Shown here piece by piece: positions 1 to 8,129 of a DNA stretch of 11,605 nt. The notes beneath the pieces were generated by a model. That model was not told where the DNA came from. It saw nothing but the letters and a program-made list of their open reading frames with translations, and did not search any database. Position 1 is the stretch's first letter. Each line of letters starts with the position of its first letter. Made by a program: the position numbers and the translations under genes. This DNA comes from Azolla caroliniana (Eukaryota; Plantae; Polypodiophyta), in NCBI GenBank assembly GCA_043228905.1, contig JBHGNT010001146.1, forward strand, positions 1-11,605. Reading direction: 5' to 3'.

Positions 1-76
1 AGTCTTTGCGCACGTCAATGGAATAACACCGGAATGAATAATGGTATCCCCGAGGCTATGTAGTTTTTTCTTAGTG
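1..76. mobile_element. Probable right terminus of a CACTA (En/Spm) DNA transposon entering from outside the window
   Basis: 61-76 TAGTTTTTTCTTAGTG reverse-complements to CACTAAGAAAAAACTA, similar to En/Spm TIRs (CACTACAAGAAAA). The first ~60 bp keep several CpGs, unlike the flank. The other end and the 3-bp TSD (predicted ATA, 77-79) cannot be seen. Confidence 0.5.
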
Positions 77-295
77 ATAATTCATATTATTGATTAAAAT
101 TTCCCTCCTCCCTTCTCTCCCATATAATGATTTCGATCATTTATGGATGTGTTAGTTGTCACTCATTAGACTTTTATTAATACCAATACTAATTTATATT
201 ATGTACTGATTTTGACCTTCTCTCTCATCTCCCCCATGCAACCAATTAATATTATTTACTGATTTGTACTTTTCCTTTCATGAGTTCTATACCAA

Positions 296-740
296 TTGGC
301 CTATTTGTAATAGCCTTGCACTTTTCAGCATTGACAATTAAGTGTTGGTACAACCAATGATATATTTGGAATTGCCCTCCACATCACATTGTCCACATTT
401 GATAAGGAGTGCGTGGTGGAGACATCTCAGTCATCGTAGTCTCATGTGGGAGGATACAACATAGAGTCCTCGTTTCTAAGAAGTTTGTATGTTGATGATA
501 ACCAACTTGTCATCCATATTTACACAGATACTTAGGAGAAAGAATGCCGCACTTTGTGGCATCATGTTTTTAAGAGCCTAGTAATTTGTAATAGACTTAT
601 ACTTTGAGACATTACAAATAAAATAATAGCACAACCAACAATCCATGCTTTAGGAAAACTCAAAGAAGGTTCAGGACAATCCAATAGTAGTGTCTCACTC
701 ATCTTCTCATGGGCAACATTGTAACCCTCATTAGCATCAC
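296..740. repeat. Old degenerate direct duplication, offset ~280 bp
   Basis: ATTTGTAATAG occurs at 303-313 and 584-594. Both copies continue collinearly with CTT..CTTT, CATT(G)ACAA.TAA, ACAACCAA and TCTCA.TCATC..TCTCATG. Confidence 0.45.
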
Positions 741-1229
741 ACCTAATGAATAATTGTGTGGCTTTGACAGTCTTTGATCATTTTCACTAGCACAAGTTTG
801 CAATCCAGATTATCAAGCTCCTAACCTTAATTATTTGAAGTATTGCATTGGATATTGCACTTGTAGGTAGGCCATTGTTGGAAAGTCATTATTGTGCATG
901 TCCATCAGCATATGAACACCAACACATTAGGTGTCCCCTCACAAGTGAAGTCAAGGCCTCATCGTGATACTAAGCCCAAAGCTTGACTAGCTAAATTAAA
1001 CATCAAGAGACCCTCAAGTAATAATCATGTATCACAAGAACTTGACGAGGTCAATAGCAACATTAATCCTTCCACAAGAATATGGTAGGGTCATTGATCA
1101 TCAAATCGCCCATAGCTACAACATTTCCCAACAATAATAATGAATTTGAAATCAAGGCCCTCCTAAAAATATCACCTTGAAGTTTTGTATTCTTAGTAGC
1201 CATAAGCAAATTTTTAGCTTGAGAAATTG

Positions 1230-2460
1230 TTTTATTTTTATTTTTTTAAAGAAACATGCACCTTAGTATATTACTTGAAAACTGTACATAGAGAAAACAC
1301 AAAAGGAGACATTTCATCTCACTTTCTCTTGTGATACAATGCTTTTATTTTCTAGCCTACTATTAAACCAAGCAATATCAATTTGCACTAATGATTAAGT
1401 GTTAGGCCATTTACATCCTATCATTTGGCACATCATGTCTTGGTAAATATTGTTCATACACATGTCATTTATAACACAATGACATCCATTTCCATGTCAA
1501 ATAGATTCTCTAGCAACATAGCATAGCCAAATATTAGATATCTTTAAAGGCATGTGGAGCAACGATGAACTCACAATCTTCATGCAAAAGGTGTAACGAT
1601 ATGATCTTCACGACATCAAGTTTGTAATGAATCAAAGATTTAGGATGTTGATGGCACCCAAATTGCAATGAAATAAAGATATCTTGGTCTTGAAGAGCAT
1701 TTGGTAGAAAGTAAGGTATCATCTTGCCGATATATGTCCAAAGCACATGCAAAACAATGTAGGAAGATTCACTTGGAGAACATTGAATTTTGAACTAGTA
1801 ACATACCCCATAGGAACTATCTTGTTAGTAGCTCTTAGGGGTAAGGCAATGCGAGGGAAGAGAAGGAAATCTCAAATGGCATGGCCTGGAGTTGCCACAA
1901 ACAAATCCTTTGAGACATCTACCAATGGTTGGATCGGTACACTAGATCAAATCCAATATGGTTGTAACCTTCCAGCTTGCAACACAAACTACCTAGCTCC
2001 CCGAATAATAACAACCTTAGAGGATGTAGTCAAATGGCGCAACAAGGTTGGTCATTCGGGTTGGAACCCTATCATGGCCAGCTTTTTGAGCTTGCAAAGG
2101 GGTTGTAAAACAGTACAAAGTTTCGAACAAACAATGTAAATCACTACCATGGTATGGTAGTGTCCAAGACGAGACTGCGCTCACAAGTTCCGAGGGACAT
2201 TGGCGAATGTGAAAACATGGCATCCAATGAACATAATCTTCTCACTATCAAATTGTTCTTCACACAAATTAGAGCCACATTATTGTTTCAGATTGCAAAA
2301 GATAAGCCATATATGTCATACAAATCAGTATGTTTGTAAATCAATGAGATCAACTGAGATTTTGAAAACTTTGCCAGATCCCATGCAGAAGAGGACATCA
2401 CTACAAAGGTCTCCTGAAGATTGCCCACCAATGTAGTGACCAAACACATAATCTTCCTCA
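1230..2460 (-). mobile_element. Degenerate 5'-truncated LINE (L1-like) remnant, copy 1: ORF2 C-terminal/zf-RVT region, 3' UTR and A-rich tail
   Basis: Frameshifted minus-strand translations give I*DFLLFPRIALPLRATNKIVPMG and CSPSESSYIVLHVLWT, resembling the zf-RVT region. The A-rich tail appears as T-rich 1230-1247 on +. 1241-1339 is a close inverted match to the 3' end of the clear LINE at 5073-5173. The 5' boundary is approximate. Confidence 0.6.
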
Positions 2461-2945
2461 TATTATCATGTTAAGAAATAAGAAGAAGAAAGAGCCCCAA
2501 AAAAGGTGGTTCCTGGAAAAAAAAACAGAGTAAGGCATATATAGCTGCAGAAAACAGAGTGAGCCATATACCATATAGAGAGGGGCATGAATCGAATCAC
2601 ATTAGCATCCATATAAACGAAAACGGATGAAGAGAGAAGAGTTAGAATTAAAGAAAGAATACATCAATTCCATTCACCGCATTAGAAACAGAGGGGGGGG
2701 GGGGGATTCAGAAATTCTGCCCCAATTGACATCACAAGTAATCAAGTAATCATGACCGATGCATACTGAGAGGCTAGGCATGGTTGGAAGCATGAAAAGT
2801 ATGAGTATGTGTATGTGTTAAGTATGTTCACCCATCCAAAATGGGTGGTTGTAAACATGACTTGAATGATTTCACATACATAATAATAATAATAATGTAT
2901 GTGTGTATGCATATGTAGGTGGGTATGGCACACCTATGGATGGAT

Positions 2946-2949
<4 letters not shown>

Positions 2950-2993
<44 letters not shown>
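2950..2993. repeat. (GA)22 microsatellite
   Basis: Perfect dinucleotide run read directly. Confidence 0.97.
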
Positions 2994-2997
<4 letters not shown>

Positions 2998-3092
2998 AAG
3001 AGACCCACAAAAACTCCATTAGGCAAATCACCAAAACCAACCTTTGAAAGGAAAGAACTAAGAAAAGGATATATGGAGTTGCATTATGTGGA

Positions 3093-3563
3093 TTAGTAGT
3101 AATCCAAAGCTAGGAAGGGGGAGATGAAGGTAGCCCTAGAACTAGAAGAAGAAGCATAGGTGGGATGCATCTTGCCTTTTCTCAGTCGCTCTCCATCTCT
3201 ACAATTGGAGGAGGAAGTGGTAGAAGGTGTGGTGTGGTGGTCAGTAGCAGTAATTGTGGCAGAAGTAGTAGTAGAAGTAGTAGTAGTAGGGTGGAGGAAG
3301 GAGGAGAGGCTAACATATTCAGAGGGGATGGTGTTAATGGTGATGGGTGCAGGGCTGGTAGGATTGGAGGAATAGGTTGGGCTCACAACACACTCATAGT
3401 GCCATGTGTGGTCTAGAAGGTCATGGACTGACAGAGGTGGAGGGGGTGGGGATGAAAGAAGAATGGATGGACATGGACATGGACATGGACATGCAGATGG
3501 AGATGGAGATGGAGATGGAGATGAGGAGGATCCAGAGGACTTTTGAGAACCCAACATTATCAT
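3093..3563 (-). CDS. Candidate 156-aa Ser/Pro/Thr-rich low-complexity protein of unknown function (small gene or long uORF)
   Basis: This is the longest ORF in the track. The track starts it at TTG 3605; the first in-frame ATG is 3563 (second at 3557), and an in-frame TAG lies just upstream of 3605. Its internal repeats are multiples of 3 nt (SPSPSP, CPCPCP, poly-Thr). It sits in non-TE sequence with telo-boxes and CT-rich tracts upstream. Non-repetitive blocks are VHDLLDHTWHYECVV and RLRKGKMHPTY...FISPFLALDYY. No family recognised. Confidence 0.5.
   Translation of the reverse strand: MIMLGSQKSSGSSSSPSPSPSPSACPCPCPCPSILLSSPPPPPLSVHDLLDHTWHYECVVSPTYSSNPTSPAPITINTIPSEYVSLSSFLHPTTTTSTTTSATITATDHHTTPSTTSSSNCRDGERLRKGKMHPTYASSSSSRATFISPFLALDYY
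3469..3522. repeat. Compound hexanucleotide repeat (GGACAT)4-GCAGAT-(GGAGAT)4 inside the ORF
   Basis: Read directly. It encodes the SP and CP dipeptide runs on the minus strand. Confidence 0.95.
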
Positions 3564-3727
3564 TGATGATTTCTTTTCCTCTAATTTTGGAAGAGACTGA
3601 GACAACTAATTACAGCTGCTGAGAGCCAAATTGGAAGAGGTTCTATGGTTTTTATCCCCTCTTTTTTTTCTGGTAGAGACTTACTACTAGCGTGTAGCTC
3701 AAAAATTGATTAGAGATTTAGGATTTT

Positions 3728-3753
3728 AGGAGGAGGAGGAGGAGGAGGAGGAG
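3728..3753. repeat. (AGG)8 microsatellite, (CCT)n in the putative 5' leader
   Basis: Read directly. Confidence 0.95.
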
Positions 3754-3788
3754 CAGACCCAAAGGTTTTATTTTTTGTTTGCCAGGGA

Positions 3789-3797
3789 TTAGGGTTT
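3789..3797 (-). promoter_or_regulatory. Telo-box AAACCCTAA (second copy AAACCCTA at 4040-4047)
   Basis: TTAGGGTTT on + at 3789-3797 and TAGGGTTT at 4040-4047, both oriented with the ORF. Telo-boxes are established plant promoter/5'UTR elements; function here is inferred. Confidence 0.55.
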
Positions 3798-4061
3798 TGT
3801 TTTTGACAGTGATTTTAGTAAAAAAAGAGAGAGAGAGGATTTGTGGTGGTTAGTTTGGTAGTGGACATATTGATATATACATACTTGAAACTTCAAGAGG
3901 TGGAGGAGGAGATAGATAGATGTATGGGGGGGGGGTTGGAATCAAGGCCTTTCTTAGTAAAACAGGGACTTTAAAGAGAGAGAGAAGAAGTATGCATACA
4001 TATATATGGCTTTTCTATGGGAGTGTGATGTTTTTAGGGTAGGGTTTTGCTGCTAGTACTG

Positions 4062-4096
4062 ATGTATGTATGTATGTATGTATGTATGTATGTATG
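4062..4096. repeat. (TATG)8 microsatellite
   Basis: Read directly (ATG plus 8 x TATG). Confidence 0.95.
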
Positions 4097-4109
4097 AGTG
4101 TATATGTAT

Positions 4110-4310
4110 ATGGTTATCTTCGTGCTTTCGCTTATTTGTTTCGGTACCGATTCTCAAACACGAATGCTAGAGAAAAACGGACCGAAAGAAAATAAGAGGG
4201 GGGGGCTTAGATTTTAGAGTCTGGGAAAAACGTTTATCTTCGTTGTACGGATCGTATCTTTCATAAGACTTGTACCCAAAAAAAAGATATGCATGAGCAT
4301 GCGTCCATAA
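4110..4310 (-). promoter_or_regulatory. CpG-retaining putative proximal promoter of the minus-strand unit
   Basis: Local cluster of CG dinucleotides in otherwise CpG-poor, non-TE sequence, immediately upstream of the telo-box/CT-rich leader. Confidence 0.4.
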
Positions 4311-4669
4311 ATATCAATATGTATGCTCTGTTTCATTGGGAGTCTTCAAAACACTTGGACATGGATATGTGAGCCGAAGCTACAACCAATGTACAACAAT
4401 CATCTTCAATGCACAAACAAACAATTGGTGTAACAAGTTTATTCTCGTAAAATTAAGCTTGTACCTTAGAGAAGGGAACAAGCCAACCTTTTTTTCGTTT
4501 CAGGTCATTATTGGAAATGAGTTTTCTTCCCTAGCTCAAGAGAAGTACATGGTTTTTTCGAGCAACATTCCTCATATAGAAACTCATCATGGATTTGTTT
4601 ATTAGTAACTCCAATCTATCTATTATATTTTGATTTCATTATAATTGCAAATAAGAAGCACATTTTGTT

Positions 4670-5173
4670 AAAAACAGAATCACATCTCGCTTTCCATATT
4701 ATCCAAAGAGCCAACGACGTAATAGTACGCCAAATAACCAAAATTTTAATTCTAAACCATCGAATAGAAGAAGGAAATGAGATTTTTAACAATGTTCACA
4801 TACATCTCAACACTATGCTTATTGAATCCTAGATGTTATTTGTCCGCACACTACGTGGTCAATATGATGATCCACAAGGTTCATATGATGTTCTATGGCA
4901 ACTGTAAGTGGCCTTTAAGAACCGATGCCAAGGAATTCACTTATTTTCAAATACAACTGCTAGTCTAAAGTGGAATTATTCCATACCATCTTTTATATTG
5001 CATAGCTGATAGTATTGTTCTACTTGTTTCATACATGACATCATCTGTTTGATCAGATGCTTATAGTAGCTTTTGTATCTTACAATAGAAGTGAGAAGAA
5101 ATGTCTCATTTTGTTTTCTCTATGTAGAGTTCTCAAGTAATATACTAAGGCACATCTTTCTTTAAAAAAAAAA
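4670..5173 (+). mobile_element. 5'-truncated and 5'-inverted LINE insertion, copy 2, with poly(A) and 11-bp TSD
   Basis: TSD CACATTTTGTT at 4659-4669 and 5174-5184, with A10 at 5164-5173. The sense arm (~4783-5009) reads FNNVHIHLNTMLIES*MLFVRTLRGQYDDPQG...KWNYSIPSFILHS*. The antisense arm (4670-~4782) reads LVIWRTITSLALWIIWKARCDSVF, the LWxxWKxR motif of LINE ORF2 C-termini. Confidence 0.9.
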
Positions 5174-5571
5174 CACATTTTGTTTCTTGTAATGTCATTA
5201 TGGATGTCCCATCTCTTTGCGCTCCATCGTTTGAACTCTATTAAGATGATTGAGCAACGATTACATTTTGGAATGGGGATTCTTCTTCAACTTACAATTT
5301 ATCTAGTTGAAAGACACAACTGTGCATGTCAAAGCATCAATTTCTCATTTCTAGAGAAGATAGGAGGTTCGACATGCTGGATACAACTCATGTTTTTTCT
5401 TCCTTTTTCCTCTTTTAATGCTATTGAGTTTGGTTTCCCCATGTTTTCAACAACAAAAAGCTTACCCCTACCCACATATTTCTTTCGGTCACTATGTGCA
5501 CTCTCAAATGTAACATTCATTAGTAAAATTCTTGGAACATCAAGATTCACTAATCAACGCCATTTATCTTA

Positions 5572-5884
5572 GGGAAAAGTACCAGGATACCCCTGGAAGT
5601 TCGTCTATTTACCAGAATGCCCCTGGAAGTTCCAAATTTACCAAACTACCCCTATGTCCAAAAAATTACACTTTATAAAGTAATTATACACTCAAATCTT
5701 TGGTAAATAGGGCTAGTTTGGGTCCATTTCTTCCATCTTTGGTAAATAGGGCTTGTAGATTTGAGTGTATAATTACTTTATAAAGTGTAATTTTTTGGAC
5801 ATAGGGGTAGTTTGGTAAATTTGGAACTTCCAGGGGCATTCTGGTAAATAGACGAACTTCCAGGGGTATCTTGGTACTTTTCCC
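5572..5884. mobile_element. Mutator-like (MULE) MITE / foldback element, 313 bp
   Basis: TIRs 5572-5699 and 5757-5884 (128 bp, 1 mismatch) begin GGGAAAAGTACC. Perfect 9-bp TSD TTTATCTTA at 5563-5571 and 5885-5893. No coding capacity. Confidence 0.96.
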
Positions 5885-7742
5885 TTTATCTTATTCATGC
5901 ACTCATTACCTACCTATTAATGAACTCATCTCTCTCCTTATCTGAATGCCCACCCCCTCATTTTATCTCTGCCCCATATCCTCTTATTATATATGCTCTC
6001 TCTTTCCAACCATGTTGCAATGTTTGTTTCTCTTCTTTCTCTTTCATTTATACTCCACTCTTCGTTATTTACTGTGTGTACCAAAGGGATTTCAAAATTA
6101 TATGCATAATAATAAATGGTTTGCCTCAATGCATTTAAATCTTATTTTTATCTCACTTACACATCCAATGTAGCATGCACGTAGCATCTTATTTACGAGG
6201 AGTACCAAGTGGTTCATTACCTTCCGAACAAGAAAATAAGTATTGAAGCAAAGTGCCTCATCATGTTCAGAAGGGGATAATCGTTTTGGAAACCTCAAAG
6301 TTTTCTTTGTTTACAATGTCAAGTTGCAAAAAGCCTTTACAAGTTTATCTTTTCATTGAAAAGACCAAGAATAAATTTTACTTTTAGTTTCAAGTTGATC
6401 TAAAATTGTATCTCTCTTTCTCTAGTTTGAGGAGGTTAGCATATTGTGAATTGTTCCAAACTTGATGTATATGCCTTTAAAAGTCCTCACTAAAGTTCAC
6501 TAGATTGTAGTTGATCTCATTGTTCACTCTAGCTTTAATTCCAAGTAAATGGTTGAAGTTATTACATAAGAAAGTGTTCGCCAACTATTTATATAACGAT
6601 CCATTATGTAGGTAGTGCAATATGATGTACTTACCGCCGCTTCTTACACCAACTCAACTATTCCTAGGAAAAGAAAATGTCTTGCTAGTTTTAATAATAA
6701 TATAAGTGTCACACTAGTTTTCATTCTATATCATATAGGTTCTACAACAGCTTTTCAAACTAGGCTTTGCTGGAAACATTAGATTGTTCCTTTGAGAGGT
6801 AGTGCTCATAATATGTACAAAATATGCTATAAGATGGTTAATAGAAAAGATGACACAAAATAATCAGTAAACAAGACATTACACGCATAGGACAACATGA
6901 ATCTCTTTTAAAAGGGGACCTTTTTACCTCTATGGTGCACCATTGGCAAATGATGATGGAACTCTTCCATGTGAATGATTTTAAAAGTCACAACCTACCT
7001 CGAGATATTGTAAGCCACAATTCACAAACAAAATTAAATTACCACAAGTAAATGTAATGCATTATGTTCCAATTAGTTATCACATAATCAACCTTAATGA
7101 ACCATCAATTGTTACAAAGGTCAACTCAAAGCCTTGTCGTTTAAAGAAACATTCACATAATTTTGGTTTTGGTTGTCAAAATGGAGTCAATGTGGTTGAG
7201 TGATGTGTTATTCTTGTCCACTACATGATAGGTGGTACATTGTGGTTGTGATGTGTTACCTTGTTGATTGTCAAAGAGGTATTCAATGGTGGTCACAACT
7301 ATGGTAAAAAATGAGTGACTAACTCTTACGAAGGGATGGGATGTCTACTTAGGTTTTTCTTACGCTCGAGTGCTACCATTAGCACGTCAACCGAAGGGAC
7401 ATGTAATTCAAAATAAATACGGCATATGAGTCCAACAATATAATTCGCTTAAACTATATGATAAATAGATGGTATGCATACACTTTTTCATGATACTTAA
7501 TCAGATTCCCCATTAAACGAAGTTTTTTTTGCAATACTAATATATCGTTGCTTGATTAGTTTTGTACACCTCTTGCAGGAAAATTCGTAATCTATCACAA
7601 CCCACTTCATGGCGATCATGATTGTCTTTGTTTTTACCCAAGTTCAAGTTGAAGCTCTTCCATGACAATTGAATGTGTATCATGATGTGGCATAGTTGCG
7701 TTTGAGAAATATTTCCAAACTAATTTCTTCTCATTATTTGAT

Positions 7743-7818
7743 AAAACATGTATGCTTTCTTGCTAAACTAATGCGAAGTAGTGTTTTTTTTTTTGGAAAA
7801 AAAAACATGTATGCTTTC
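7743..7818. repeat. 17-bp direct repeat flanking a 42-bp insert that ends in T11-GG-A run
   Basis: AAAACATGTATGCTTTC at 7743-7759 and 7802-7818. Confidence 0.7.
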
Positions 7819-8129
7819 CAATAATGATGTAAAGATGCGACATACAAGTTGTGAAGTATGGAAAGTAAATTCGGTATACGATATTGAGAGGGGTCTGAAT
7901 ACGTAAGAGGCTACATGCAAAGTATAGAAAGTTAAATAGTTCTACATCTTAGAGGGTTTAAAATATGTTATAGATGGATAAGTATTGACAAACATAGCCA
8001 ATATACCAAACCCTATCTCTACAACAATTCATTTAGAAAATTGTCCCATGGTGGCTTTAGTGATTTATTTTTTATTTTTTTTCAATAAAAAATATCCTCC
8101 ATTGGTATTAAACTTAAAGTGGCCAAAGG

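Noticed and set aside
1747-2436. Plus-strand ORFs of 61-130 aa
   Set aside because: They are antisense to the degenerate LINE and have no recognisable domain.
2761-2780. GCATACTGAGAGGCTAGGCA resembles the miR160 complement (TGGCATACAGGGAGCCAGGCA)
   Set aside because: It needs several central mismatches and a gap, no star arm is visible, and there is no ARF coding context.
3093-3563. Assignment of the ORF to a known family (DUF1685-type N-terminal LLxxxW motif, RKGKVHP-type proteins, known CPuORF groups, extensin/AGP)
   Set aside because: Only few-residue resemblances; the diagnostic domains and a signal peptide are absent.
3160-3622. Three plus-strand ORFs (3160-3375, 3165-3416, 3377-3622) including MDMDMD/MEMEME
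   Set aside because: Likely antisense shadows of in-frame microsatellites; the regulatory cues point to the minus strand.
3597-3684. Small 5'UTR intron from GTAAGT (3684, minus) to a CAG near 3597-3620
   Set aside because: The candidate intron is short and A-rich with a weak pyrimidine tract; unsupported without transcripts.
4330-4500. Minus-strand GWLVP.../YKLNF...CIEDDCCTLVVASA loosely resembles the plant LINE RNase H motif
   Set aside because: It requires frameshifts and lacks the catalytic DG; too weak without a profile search.
5180-6298. Several 60-130-aa ORFs around the MITE
   Set aside because: No motifs, mutually overlapping on both strands, several with non-ATG starts; consistent with chance ORFs in old repeat DNA.
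6921-7310. Possible ancient foldback: TTTTTACC..CACCATTG vs CAATGGTG..GGTAAAAA with a CA-to-GT skew switch
   Set aside because: Only two short matching blocks, no TSD, and the match does not extend.
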